From Coprobacillus sp. (lineage in GTDB: Bacteria > Bacillota_I > Bacilli_A > RFN20 > CAG-826), in NCBI GenBank assembly GCA_021203905.1, contig JAJQAG010000004.1:129939-193938 (forward strand): DNA of 64,000 bases, given 5' to 3'. The position numbers and the translations under genes were made by a program. Positions within the stretch are counted from its first letter, which is position 1; the number at the start of each line of letters is the position of its first letter. Below the pieces are notes generated by a model. The model was not told the DNA's origin. It did not search any database and was given only the letters and a program-made list of their open reading frames with translations. Shown piece after piece: positions 1 to 9,328 of this stretch.

Positions 1-131
1 CTTCTCTTTTTACAGACACTATCTAATAAAATACTATAAAATAGTATTCTTTTCAATAAAAATATATCTTTTAATTTTATCAAATTAAAGGGTATATTCA
101 GGGTTTTTTCATAGATTTTTAATACATAGTA

Positions 132-1136
132 TTAAATAAGTGTTTGTTGATAAGGAAGGGAGAGATGATGATACGCTTTGATGGTGGCCACTCTTCCCTT
201 CTGGGTTCTATCGATAAATCCTATCTGAATAAGATAGGGTTCATAGACGTCTTCTAGGTTATTAACTTCCTCTCCAATAGCATTAGCGAGTGCTTCCACT
301 CCGACAGGCCCACCTTTAAATCTTTCAATAAGAGTTTTAAGGTAGCGGACATCAACATCATCGAGTCCGATAGCGTCAACCTTAAGAGCCTCAAGAGCTT
401 TTAAAGCATCTTCTTTAGTGATGTGATCTTTTCCTTCGTAGTTAGCAAAATCCCTCACTCTCTTATAAAGACGATTGGCAATTCTTGGAGTTCCACGACT
501 TCGAAGGGCAATCTCGTGGGCGGCATCTTTATCAATACTACATTTAAGAACTTTAGCGGTTCTATTGACAATCTGTTCCATCTCTTCAATGGTGTAAAAA
601 TTAAGTCTCTCCGTAAAACCAAATCTTGTTCTTAAAGGTAAGGAGAGATCACCCGCTCTGGTGGTAGCCCCGATTAAAGTAAAGGGTGGAAGATCGATAT
701 TAATCTCTCTTCCTCCAGAATCTTTTTGGACAACCACTGTGAGTTTAAAATCTTCCATAGCTTCATATAAGACTTCCTCACAAACTCTAGGAAGGCGATG
801 AATTTCATCGATAAATAAAACATCTCCAGGTTCTAAAGAAGTTAAAATTGCCGCTAAATCTCCAGTTTTTTCAATACTTGGACCACTCACAGCGTGGATT
901 TTCGCGTGCATTTCATTGGCAATGACATACGCAAGAGTTGTTTTTCCAAGTCCGGGAGGTCCATAAAAAAGAATGTGATCAAGAGCCTCTTCTCTATGAA
1001 GGGCGGCTCCAATAAAAACCTTAAGGTTCTTCTTGAGAGCATCTTGACCCACATAGTCATCGAGACTTAAAGGACGAAGAGTAACCTCTTCTTCTTTTTC
1101 ACTTTCATTGACATTGGCGTCAAGTAATCTCGACAT
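132..1136 (-). CDS. ruvB: Holliday junction branch migration ATPase RuvB
   Basis: 334-aa ORF with an AAA+ Walker A (GPPGLGKTT) and RuvB-type N/C domains; sits next to ruvA. Confidence 0.95.
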   Translation of the reverse strand: MSRLLDANVNESEKEEEVTLRPLSLDDYVGQDALKKNLKVFIGAALHREEALDHILFYGPPGLGKTTLAYVIANEMHAKIHAVSGPSIEKTGDLAAILTSLEPGDVLFIDEIHRLPRVCEEVLYEAMEDFKLTVVVQKDSGGREINIDLPPFTLIGATTRAGDLSLPLRTRFGFTERLNFYTIEEMEQIVNRTAKVLKCSIDKDAAHEIALRSRGTPRIANRLYKRVRDFANYEGKDHITKEDALKALEALKVDAIGLDDVDVRYLKTLIERFKGGPVGVEALANAIGEEVNNLEDVYEPYLIQIGFIDRTQKGRVATIKAYHHLSLPYQQTLI

Positions 1137-1137
1137 T

Positions 1138-1689
1138 TTACTTCCTCAATTTCGCTAAAGCGGCTTTTAAGATTTCTTCGGTTGTTCCATTAGGAATATT
1201 AATGGTGGCGAGGGTTCGATCAATCGCCGCTCCCTTAAAGCCTAAACCTTTTAAAGCCTCATAGACTTCATCATAGACACTAGGATCACCTTTAGTTCCT
1301 GTTATCTCTCCCTTTAAGTCGAGAATAATTTGACTCGCGGCTTTAGAACCAATCCCAGGAAGTTTCTTTAAAAAGGCCACATTATTGGCACTGATCGCAT
1401 CCATCACCGCTTCTGGAGTGGTGCTACTGAGAGCACTAATCACAGTCTTTGGACCCAAGCCTTTAACTTTGATAAGAGAGAGAAAGACACTCTTTTCACT
1501 TTCACTTGAGAATCCGACTAGGTATTCTTCATCTTCTTTCACGACATCATAAGTATAGATTTTGACTTCTTCCCCAATGTGATATTCATCAAGGTGAGAA
1601 ACATAAATAGAATAAGCGACATCATGAACATCGAGGATGACTTGATCCCCATCTTTTTCTGCGACAATTCCTTTTAAGTAGTAAATCAT
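1138..1689 (-). CDS. ruvA: Holliday junction DNA helicase RuvA
   Basis: The track ORF runs to 1782, but the RuvA-like sequence begins at the internal Met (MIYYLKGIV..). AAGGAG lies 9 nt upstream of that Met. The upstream extension is low-complexity and overlaps another small ORF. Confidence 0.85.
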   Translation of the reverse strand: MIYYLKGIVAEKDGDQVILDVHDVAYSIYVSHLDEYHIGEEVKIYTYDVVKEDEEYLVGFSSESEKSVFLSLIKVKGLGPKTVISALSSTTPEAVMDAISANNVAFLKKLPGIGSKAASQIILDLKGEITGTKGDPSVYDEVYEALKGLGFKGAAIDRTLATINIPNGTTEEILKAALAKLRK

Positions 1690-1702
1690 TTCTTCTTTCT
1701 CC

Positions 1703-1798
1703 TTAAAACACGAGTACAAAGATAATAATAAGAATGAGGATGACGATGGCGGCCACGAGTCCGGCGACAAGAGCGATATCAAATTTATTCTTATCCAT
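1703..1798 (-). CDS. 31-aa hydrophobic membrane peptide (MDKNKFDIALVAGLVAAIVILILIIIFVLVF)
   Basis: Hand-translated; it is below the track's size cutoff. Its ATG overlaps the obg stop as TAATG, and its own stop overlaps the ruvA RBS. It has a charged N-terminus followed by one TM segment. Confidence 0.4.
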   Translation of the reverse strand: MDKNKFDIALVAGLVAAIVILILIIIFVLVF

Positions 1799-3078
1799 TA
1801 TTCAACATATTCGAAGATGAAGTCATCGAGTTGGACTGTATCTCCATCTTTCGCTCCCATTCTTTCTAATTCATCATCCACTCCCACTCTTCTTAAATGG
1901 GAGATGAGTTTGAGCATTCCCTCATCAGTGGAAATGTTACACATTTGATAGTACTTCTCTATTCTATCACCACTGATGACGAAATAATCAGATTTTACTT
2001 TTGTAATTTCAAATTCTTTCTCTTCTTCGCCGAGAGTATAGACCTTGATGGTCTCTTCCTCTTCATCTTCTGTATAAAGAGGGAACATCGGAGTGGTCTT
2101 TAAGGTTTCAAAGCATTTATCGATGAGTTTATCCACTCCCCAGCCTCCTAAAGCGGAGATTTCAATTATCTCTTTTTTCACTTTCTTTCTTAAGGAAGCG
2201 AGTCTCTCTTTACTTCCTTCTTCATCCATCTTTGTGGCGACAAGGATCATCGGTCTCTTAAGAAGACCAAACCCATATTCTTTGAGTTCTTTATTAATGG
2301 TTTTATAGTCTTCATAAGGATCTCTCCCCGTATCAGACATATCAATAAGATGGACAATGACACGACATCTTTGAATATGACGGAGAAATTGTAAGCCTAA
2401 ACCTTTACCAAGATGGGCTCCCGCGATTAAACCAGGAAGATCTGCAGCCACAAAGGAATCATTACCATGTACCACTACTCCTAGGTTAGGCACTAAAGTG
2501 GTAAAAGGATAATCCGCAATCTCGGGTCTGGCGGCGCTTATGACACTAAGAAGAGTGCTTTTCCCAACACTTGGAAGACCCACAAAACCAACATCCGCAA
2601 GAAGTTTTAATTCAAGAACTAAACGTTTTGTTTCTCCAGGCGCTCCATTCTCCGCGACTTTTGGCGCTTTATTGACAGAGGACTTAAAGCAAGTGTTACC
2701 TCTTCCACCACGTCCTCCTTTCGCCACACAGATCATCTTCCCATCTTCGTTTAAATCTCCAAGGAATTCATTATCCTCTTCTAGGTAAACGACTGTCCCA
2801 ATAGGAACATCGACGATGACATCTTTTGCCGCTTTTCCGTAGCGGTTTTCTGGACCTCCATTTTCCCCATCCTCTCCAATAAAGGTTTTAGAATGACGAA
2901 AATTATATAGGGTATTTATTGTTTTGTTTGCTCTGAAATAGATGGATGCGCCACGACCGCCATTTCCTCCACTTGGACCTCCATGAGAGACATATTTCTC
3001 TCGATGGAAGGCAATCATCCCATCTCCACCTTTTCCGCTTCTAACTTCAACTATGGCACGATCGACAAATAATGACAT
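1798..3078 (-). CDS. obg: GTPase Obg/CgtA
   Basis: 426 aa. Gly-rich Obg fold at the N-terminus (GGDGGNG-like GKGGDGMIAF), G domain (GLPSVGKSTLL), and an OCT tail. Confidence 0.95.
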   Translation of the reverse strand: MSLFVDRAIVEVRSGKGGDGMIAFHREKYVSHGGPSGGNGGRGASIYFRANKTINTLYNFRHSKTFIGEDGENGGPENRYGKAAKDVIVDVPIGTVVYLEEDNEFLGDLNEDGKMICVAKGGRGGRGNTCFKSSVNKAPKVAENGAPGETKRLVLELKLLADVGFVGLPSVGKSTLLSVISAARPEIADYPFTTLVPNLGVVVHGNDSFVAADLPGLIAGAHLGKGLGLQFLRHIQRCRVIVHLIDMSDTGRDPYEDYKTINKELKEYGFGLLKRPMILVATKMDEEGSKERLASLRKKVKKEIIEISALGGWGVDKLIDKCFETLKTTPMFPLYTEDEEEETIKVYTLGEEEKEFEITKVKSDYFVISGDRIEKYYQMCNISTDEGMLKLISHLRRVGVDDELERMGAKDGDTVQLDDFIFEYVE

Positions 3079-3179
3079 AAGGTTATTATACCCATTTTTA
3101 TTCGTATAAACAAAGTTTATTTACGAATAAGTAAACCTGTTTTATCATTAAATCTATAAAGGAAGTTTGTGTTTAAGGA

Positions 3180-3464
3180 TTAGTCTGCGACCACACAGAC
3201 ACATTTCTTTCTTCTTCCCATTCTCTGGTAGTGAACAGTGCCATTAACTAGAGCGAAGATGGTGTCATCTCCACCTTTCTTGGTATTGGTCCCTGGATAA
3301 ATCTTTGTTCCTCTTTGACGGTAAATAATTGATCCAGCATGGCACCATTGCCCATCGGCGACTTTAGCACCTAAACGACGGCCCGCGCTATCACGGCCGT
3401 TCTTGGTACTCGAGGCACCTTTATGGGATGCGAATAATTGTATATCTAATTTAAACATCATCAT
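3180..3464 (-). CDS. rpmA: 50S ribosomal protein L27
   Basis: 94 aa with a conserved L27 core (GGDD..). Confidence 0.9.
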   Translation of the reverse strand: MMMFKLDIQLFASHKGASSTKNGRDSAGRRLGAKVADGQWCHAGSIIYRQRGTKIYPGTNTKKGGDDTIFALVNGTVHYQRMGRRKKCVCVVAD

Positions 3465-3480
3465 CGGTTACCACCTTTCT

Positions 3481-3804
3481 TTAATCTATGGTCACCACTT
3501 CACTGACGGAGACATATTGGGGATAACTTTCTTTAATTGTCTTTAGAGAAGTTAACATTGTCTCGATGACCACTTTGTCATGCTCGCTTGGTTCTTCTTT
3601 GGCCACCAAGCTCGCATATCCACTTTCGAGTTGGAGAGAGAATTTATTGCTGTCTTGGAGAGAATTGAATCCTCCAGTGACGATACTTGAGACAGCGGCA
3701 CATATGAGATCTTCACCTTTTTCAGCGCTTCCACTATGACCAGTGACGAGAAGTGTTACCGGAGTGGTGCTATGATTTGAATAGGTGTAGACAACTTTAA
3801 TCAT
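3481..3804 (-). CDS. prp: ribosomal-processing cysteine protease Prp (YsxB-like)
   Basis: 107 aa containing [20 protein letters not shown], lying between rplU and rpmA as in Firmicutes. Confidence 0.8.
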   Translation of the reverse strand: MIKVVYTYSNHSTTPVTLLVTGHSGSAEKGEDLICAAVSSIVTGGFNSLQDSNKFSLQLESGYASLVAKEEPSEHDKVVIETMLTSLKTIKESYPQYVSVSEVVTID

Positions 3805-4115
3805 TTGGTGTTGATACTTTCAATGACTAAGCATGTGTAGGGCTGACGATGGCCCATGGTTTTTCTCTCATTGGTTTTTGCTCGATAATGGAAAACGCGA
3901 ATTTTTCTTTCTTTGCCCTGTTTTTCCACTGTAGCGGTGACACTAGCGCCACTCACATAGGGTTTCCCAACAGAGTTTTTCTTACCGTCAGAGATGAATA
4001 GCACTTTATCGAGAGTGACACTTGAACCCTCTTCAGCGGGAAGTTTTTCAACATAGACATGTTGACCAACCTCGACACGGACTTGCTTTCCACCCGTTTC
4101 AATGATTGCGTACAT
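3801..4115 (-). CDS. rplU: 50S ribosomal protein L21
   Basis: 104 aa beginning [11 protein letters not shown].., the canonical L21 N-terminus. Confidence 0.93.
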   Translation of the reverse strand: MYAIIETGGKQVRVEVGQHVYVEKLPAEEGSSVTLDKVLFISDGKKNSVGKPYVSGASVTATVEKQGKERKIRVFHYRAKTNERKTMGHRQPYTCLVIESINTK

Positions 4116-4262
4116 TACTTGGCCTCCTTATTTTAAATTCACTAAGGACTCGCTATGAAGGTCGAGAAGAATCTCAGTTAGTAAACCTTTTCTAGGCGGT
4201 TGTAGCTAGTGAGGCTAAACAACGCTTGATACTATAACATAGTTATAATATGCCCGCAAGAA
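4116..4262 (-). promoter_or_regulatory. rplU operon promoter (TTGCGG-17-TATAGT) plus a ~110-nt structured leader (possible L21-leader-type element)
   Basis: Promoter hexamers read on the minus strand. There is a long untranslated leader ahead of the rplU RBS (AAGGAGG). Confidence 0.35.
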
Positions 4263-4276
4263 GTTTTTTAAGAGGG

Positions 4277-4972
4277 TTAGAGTTTTTTATAGATGATGTC
4301 TTTATTATCCGCAAACGAATAATAACCTTGACCAGAGATGATAATGTGATCGAGAAATTCAATTCCGACTTTTGCACTATCCTCTAAAAGAAGGAAGGTG
4401 AAATTGATATCATAGTCACTCGGTGTGACCACCTTTTGACCAGAGGGGTGATTATGAATAATGTAATACTTTTTCCCTCCTCTCTTTAGTATTTCCCCTA
4501 AAATTTCATTTTCATTCACCGACATATCACTACTGGTTCCTTGGTAGAGATCGCTCTCATGAATGATCCTTCCACTTTTAGAGATGGAGACGACGATAAG
4601 GTGTTCTTGTCCTTCGTCTCGAAATAGGCTTTGGTATTTGTTAATGAGGTATTCTTTGATATCCCCAATCGAGGCACACTCTTGAATCTGATAGTTGTAT
4701 CTTTTAGCGATTTCTATGACCGCGGCAATCTTGGTGGCATTGATCTTATTAATCCCTTCATGGGCCACTAAATCATCCATGGTCATTTCTCCTACTTTTA
4801 CTAGTCCTCCTTCCATTAAAATAGATTGACTTATCTCAATCGCGGACATCTTCTTAGTTCCACTAGAGATAATCAGAGCGACGAGTTCTGTATCAGAGAG
4901 GGCGCTAATCCCATAACGCATGGCTTTTTCTCTCGGTCTGAGTAAAGGTGGGATGTTTTTTATCTTTCCCAT
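4277..4972 (-). CDS. radC: RadC-like JAB/MPN domain protein
   Basis: LRPREK..ISALSDTELVALI N-terminal motif and a JAMM-like HNHPSG..PSxxD. I moved the start to the Met whose ATG overlaps the upstream ORF's stop as TAATG; the track start is 4993. Confidence 0.8.
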   Translation of the reverse strand: MGKIKNIPPLLRPREKAMRYGISALSDTELVALIISSGTKKMSAIEISQSILMEGGLVKVGEMTMDDLVAHEGINKINATKIAAVIEIAKRYNYQIQECASIGDIKEYLINKYQSLFRDEGQEHLIVVSISKSGRIIHESDLYQGTSSDMSVNENEILGEILKRGGKKYYIIHNHPSGQKVVTPSDYDINFTFLLLEDSAKVGIEFLDHIIISGQGYYSFADNKDIIYKKL

Positions 4973-5154
4973 TAAGCCCACTGAAATTCCCATCCACCAG
5001 GGATGGTGACCTCTCCACTGTTACTGGTGGCAATACGACAGACAAGAGCGGCAACTACCGCTGCGGCAAGGATTGCCATTACTGCGGTAAGAGTTATGGC
5101 TTCACCAACGACCTCTTGACGCATCTCGTCATCATTCATTTTTGTTAGTGTCAT
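4972..5154 (-). CDS. 60-aa single-TM small membrane protein
   Basis: Strong RBS (AAAGGAGGAAAAAGA-ATG), an Ala/Val-rich TM segment, and a stop that overlaps the radC start. Confidence 0.55.
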   Translation of the reverse strand: MTLTKMNDDEMRQEVVGEAITLTAVMAILAAAVVAALVCRIATSNSGEVTIPGGWEFQWA

Positions 5155-5229
5155 TCTTTTTCCTCCTTTGTCTATATATTCATTAGTAAGAGATTTCTCT
5201 CTTTTGGGAGAAAAATGTTAAAGAAAAGA

Positions 5230-5258
5230 CACAAAAGAAAAAATCACCGAAGTGATTC
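5230..5258 (-). terminator. rho-independent terminator after valS
   Basis: Hairpin AATCAC-TTCG-GTGATT followed by a T-run on the minus strand. Confidence 0.6.
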
Positions 5259-5285
5259 TCTCTTTTATATACAAAGTATATAAAC

Positions 5286-7865
5286 TTACTTTAACTTAGA
5301 GAGCAAGGCCTTGAGATTCTCTTCGTGTTTCTTCTTCTTCGCTTGCTCAAGCTCGACCTTTTCTTTTGGGGCTTTAGAGACAAAACTTGGATTAGAGAGT
5401 AAGCTCTCACATCTATTGATCTCACTCTTAAGATATTCTATCTCTTTTAAGATGGCGTCTTTGTCAGTCTCTTCTTCTACAATTAAGAGATCAAAACTAG
5501 AGAATGTATAGAGAGAACCTTCTTTCTTAGAGATGTTTTTATCATTAATTGTGAGCTCATCTGTAAAGGTAAATCTCTTAAATAAAGGAGTAATATCATA
5601 ACTATATAGACCTTTATAGTTGAGAGAGACGACTAACCCTTGATTGGGAGAGATTTTTCTCTCAATTTTATAGTTTCTCACGACCTTAATAGCACTCACT
5701 AAAGAATCTATGAGTTCATCACTCTCTTTATTAACCCACTTTGCGTGATACTTAGGATAGGTTTCTAAGTTCACACTTTCTCGGTGAGAAGGAAGTGATA
5801 AATAGATCTCTTCACTGATAAAAGGAGTAAAAGGAGAGAGCATTAAAACAATATTCTTAAGGCAATAATAGAGGACTTGATAAGTAACCTCTCTCTCCTC
5901 ACTTTGAAGAGAAACTTTACTCATCTCGATATATGTAGAGCAGAAATCATCGTAGACAAAGTCATAGAGAAGAGAACTCGCTTGATTAAAGTTATAGTGT
6001 TCCATATGGGTGGTGACCTTCTTTGTCACCTCTTCCATCTTATTAATAATCCATTGATTAAGAGGAGATAAGTCTAAACGAGAGAGATTCTTTACTGGTT
6101 TAAAGCCTTCTGGTAAGACACTTAAGACATAGCGTGCGGAATTATAGACCTTATTTAAGTAATTAGAGGCCGCAACGACCTTATTTTCACTATATCTCAT
6201 GTCAAGACCTGCTGCGGTATTCGTGGTAAGGAAATATCGAAGAGCATCCGCACCATATTTATCGATAACCACAAGGGGATCCACTCCATTACCTAAGGTT
6301 TTTGACATCTTTCTTCCTAATTCATCACGACAGAGACCATGAATGATGACATTACGGAAAGGAATCTGGTTATTAAAATGGAGAGATTGGACCATCATAC
6401 GACTGACCCAGAAAAAGATTATGTCATATCCTGTAATAAGAGCGGAGGTTGGGAAATAACGCTGAAATAATGGATCTGTAGTATCAGGCCAGTTTAAAGT
6501 GGCAAAGGGCCAAAGAGCACTTGAGAACCAAGTATCTAAGACATCACTATCTTGTTCGTAGTTATTAATATCTTTTGGGGCCTCTTCACTAACGATGACA
6601 GAGCCATCAATCTTTGAATAATACGCTGGGATACGATGTCCCCACCTAAGTTGACGAGAGATACACCAATCTTCGATATTATCCATCCAGCGGATAAGAG
6701 TATTATTAAATCTTTGTGGGATAAAATTCACTTTCCCTTTACCCTTTTGTGTCTCAATGACTTTTTGGGCAAGAGGTTTCATCTTCACAAACCATTGTTT
6801 GGAAATCATTGGTTCCACAACAGCGCCAGAGCGCTCACTATGTCCCACAGAGTGAGTGATGGTTTCTTCTTTGATAAAATCATCATTATCTATTAGTTCT
6901 TTTAATAAAGCTTCACGACAATCATATCTATCTAGGCCTTGATATTTCCCGCAGTGCTCATTCATCTTCCCATCTAGCGTCATAATCACAGGTTTCTCGA
7001 GATGATATTTCTCCCCAATAAGAAAGTCATTAGGATCATGAGCGGGTGTACATTTCATCACTCCCGTTCCAAAACTAACATCGACATATTCATCACAAAT
7101 TACTTCAATTACTTCTTTATTTGCGGGATTTATCACTTTTTTACCGATATATTTTGTATATCTTTTATCTTTAGGATTCACTACAAGACAGACATCTCCA
7201 AACATGGTCTCGGGTCTTGTTGTGGCCACTGTGAGATATTCATCACTATCCACTAAACGATACTTAAAGTAATACATCTTTCCTAGATCATCGCTATGGA
7301 TAACTTCAACATTACTTAAAGCGGTCATCTGCACTGGATCCCAGTTTATGATCCTCTGTCCTTGATAGATAAGTCCTTCCTTATACATTTGGACAAAGAC
7401 TTTCTTTACCGCTTTTTGCATCCCCTCATCAAGGGTGAATCTTTCCTTAGAATAATCAAGGCTTAATCCAAACTTCTTCCACTGCTCATGAATGCTAGAT
7501 GCATACTCATCTTTCCATTGCCAAGCGTAGGTTAGGAATTCATCACGACTTAAATCATGAGGATTAATCCCACTATTTCTGAGTTTCTCACTGACTTTAG
7601 CTTCAGTAGCAATACCCGCATGATCCATTCCTGGAAGGAATAAGACATCATATCCTTTCATTCTTTTATAGCGGCAGATAATATCTTGTATGGTCGTGTC
7701 CCAAGCATGTCCTAAATGGAGTTTTCCGGTCACATTAGGGGGAGGAATAACGATGGAATATGGTTTCTTAGTGAGATCACCACAAGTAAAATAACCTTTC
7801 TGACACCAGGTTTCATACTTCCCTTCTTCCACTTTTTTTGGATCGTATCTTTTATCCATAACCAC
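5286..7865 (-). CDS. valS: valyl-tRNA synthetase
   Basis: 859 aa with a HIGH-type motif (PNVTGKLHLGHA) and KMSKS (KMSKTLGN). The C-terminus is a coiled coil. Confidence 0.97.
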   Translation of the reverse strand: MVMDKRYDPKKVEEGKYETWCQKGYFTCGDLTKKPYSIVIPPPNVTGKLHLGHAWDTTIQDIICRYKRMKGYDVLFLPGMDHAGIATEAKVSEKLRNSGINPHDLSRDEFLTYAWQWKDEYASSIHEQWKKFGLSLDYSKERFTLDEGMQKAVKKVFVQMYKEGLIYQGQRIINWDPVQMTALSNVEVIHSDDLGKMYYFKYRLVDSDEYLTVATTRPETMFGDVCLVVNPKDKRYTKYIGKKVINPANKEVIEVICDEYVDVSFGTGVMKCTPAHDPNDFLIGEKYHLEKPVIMTLDGKMNEHCGKYQGLDRYDCREALLKELIDNDDFIKEETITHSVGHSERSGAVVEPMISKQWFVKMKPLAQKVIETQKGKGKVNFIPQRFNNTLIRWMDNIEDWCISRQLRWGHRIPAYYSKIDGSVIVSEEAPKDINNYEQDSDVLDTWFSSALWPFATLNWPDTTDPLFQRYFPTSALITGYDIIFFWVSRMMVQSLHFNNQIPFRNVIIHGLCRDELGRKMSKTLGNGVDPLVVIDKYGADALRYFLTTNTAAGLDMRYSENKVVAASNYLNKVYNSARYVLSVLPEGFKPVKNLSRLDLSPLNQWIINKMEEVTKKVTTHMEHYNFNQASSLLYDFVYDDFCSTYIEMSKVSLQSEEREVTYQVLYYCLKNIVLMLSPFTPFISEEIYLSLPSHRESVNLETYPKYHAKWVNKESDELIDSLVSAIKVVRNYKIERKISPNQGLVVSLNYKGLYSYDITPLFKRFTFTDELTINDKNISKKEGSLYTFSSFDLLIVEEETDKDAILKEIEYLKSEINRCESLLSNPSFVSKAPKEKVELEQAKKKKHEENLKALLSKLK

Positions 7866-8055
7866 TCCTAGAAGAAATAAAAAACGTCCATCTTAAGGAC
7901 GCTCATCACGCGGTACCACCTTAATTCGCTACACCGTAACGCACTTCATTTATTGTTTTGTTCTCCAAAGCGACCTTCGTTATACTTCTTCACCAGGCTT
8001 CCACCATCCCCAGCTCTCTATACAAGATGGATATAACTACTCCTCTTCTTCACCG
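7866..8055 (-). promoter_or_regulatory. T-box riboswitch leader of valS
   Basis: On the minus strand, AATTAAGGTGGTACCGCG matches the T-box consensus, followed by a terminator hairpin and a U-run just before the valS RBS. Upstream promoter is TTGAAT-17-TATAAT. Confidence 0.8.
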
Positions 8056-8119
8056 AACACTCTTATTATAATAAGAGAACAACCTTAATTCAATATCTCA
8101 AATATCAAATACATGATAT

Positions 8120-8148
8120 TTAAAAGTCCCACAAAGTGGGACTTATAT
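8120..8148 (-). terminator. terminator hairpin after the XRE regulator gene
   Basis: Perfect 9-bp stem AAGTCCCAC-aaa-GTGGGACTT, then TTTTAAAT on the minus strand. Confidence 0.5.
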
Positions 8149-8196
8149 TATATATAATGTCGGGAAACACATATATACATTTAATTAAGCTTTAGC

Positions 8197-9210
8197 TTAC
8201 TTTGTCCTCGCCCTATCAGAAGCTAAACGATAAGGATTCTCGTTCTTTGCGACTAAATGGATGGTGTCAACATGCTTATAGGCACGATGGACCGCTACTG
8301 GGAAAGCAAAGATTGAGAAGAGAGCGGAAACAAAGAACGCGGCAAGGAAAGCCACGATAACAAACAAGAGACTTACAAGGAAGAAGAATAATTTAATCGT
8401 AATTAAGAAGATTATTCCTCCTACTGACCAGCCAAAGATTACTCCTGGCATCCTCACAAATCCCCAGCTTGCAACCTCTGTAAACATCTCACCCACAAAG
8501 GTATTATCCACACCCACAGTGAAGACAAATGCAAGCATGACATACGCTCCGGCAATACTTCCGATGCAAAGTCCTAAGCAGAGACCGAGATTATCGTGCT
8601 CGGCAATACCGGCAACTAGCATCGCCACAAAGGTGATAGAAGCAAGGGTAATTGCCCAAGCCCAGGATCTCTTTCTTCTTCTTAGATGCTTTGATTTCTC
8701 ATTCGCAATCCAGTTTTCTCTTCTCTTCATGAAGCAATCGTCACAAAGAGTCCAACCTTTTCTTCCACCTTTCCCTGTGGTGGATTTCTTGACATGCATA
8801 GTTTCGCCTTCAAGAATTGGTTTTTGACAATCATCACAAACACCAATTTGTCTCTTTGTGAGTTGCTGATATAGCTCTTCATCAATGACTCTTGTGGGAG
8901 CACTTCCTTGTGGCGCCGCTTGACTAGTAGCGGGCGCACTTGTAGTTTGACCACTGCTCACAGGGCTTTCTCCTACAAGGGCACTTGCCGGTGATGTCGG
9001 TGTTACAGCTGTTTTTGTGGAGTATAAGTCATCAATCGTGACATTAAAAATTTTCGCGAGTTTCGCCACAGTATCGAGATCTGGTTCGCTATTACCAGTC
9101 TCCCATTTAGAAACCGCTTGTGTAGTTACGTAAAGCTGACTCGCGAGATCGCTCTGCGAGAGATTATGAAGCTTACGATAGTATTGGATTCTTTCCCCTA
9201 TCTGTGACAT
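8197..9210 (-). CDS. membrane-anchored XRE-family HTH transcriptional regulator with a Cys4 zinc-ribbon and a polytopic C-terminal membrane domain
   Basis: N-terminal HTH_3 (LSQSDLASQLYVTTQAVSKWETG), a Ser/Thr/Pro/Ala-rich linker, CDDCQKP..CDDCF, then 4-5 predicted TM helices. Confidence 0.75.
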   Translation of the reverse strand: MSQIGERIQYYRKLHNLSQSDLASQLYVTTQAVSKWETGNSEPDLDTVAKLAKIFNVTIDDLYSTKTAVTPTSPASALVGESPVSSGQTTSAPATSQAAPQGSAPTRVIDEELYQQLTKRQIGVCDDCQKPILEGETMHVKKSTTGKGGRKGWTLCDDCFMKRRENWIANEKSKHLRRRKRSWAWAITLASITFVAMLVAGIAEHDNLGLCLGLCIGSIAGAYVMLAFVFTVGVDNTFVGEMFTEVASWGFVRMPGVIFGWSVGGIIFLITIKLFFFLVSLLFVIVAFLAAFFVSALFSIFAFPVAVHRAYKHVDTIHLVAKNENPYRLASDRARTK

Positions 9211-9280
9211 AACTCACCTCCTAGTTGATAGCATAAATATAAAGCGAAAGAGATAATAATGTAAATAATTTAACCTAAAA

Positions 9281-9316
9281 TCAACTAACGGTTGATAGAA
9301 ATCAACCATTGGTTGA
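9281..9316. promoter_or_regulatory. two tandem palindromic operator-like sites TCAAC-N5-GTTGA
   Basis: TCAACtaacgGTTGA (9281-9295) and TCAACcattgGTTGA (9302-9316). Their centres are 21 bp apart. They lie upstream of the XRE regulator promoter. Confidence 0.5.
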
Positions 9317-9328
9317 CACCTTTATAAG

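Noticed and set aside
28-46. AATACTAT-aaa-ATAGTATT palindrome downstream of ruvB
   Set aside because: It could be a ruvB terminator, but the stem is all A/T, the U-tract is poor, and it sits at the window edge with no context.
423-635. Many short plus/minus ORFs in the track nested inside or antisense to large genes (e.g. 423-635, 1897-2308, 3552-3734, 32627-33040, 43752-44237, 46582-46941)
   Set aside because: They lie wholly inside well-supported conserved genes on the opposite strand or in another frame. They have no RBS and low-complexity translations typical of antisense frames in AT-rich DNA.
1690-1782. N-terminal extensions of track ORFs (ruvA to 1782, radC to 4993, lspA to 22922, ftsZ to 28874, rsmH to 31633, ORF D from 27262)
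   Set aside because: The extensions lack RBSs, overlap upstream genes, and the conserved family N-termini begin at internal Met codons that have good RBSs. I treated them as over-extended start calls.
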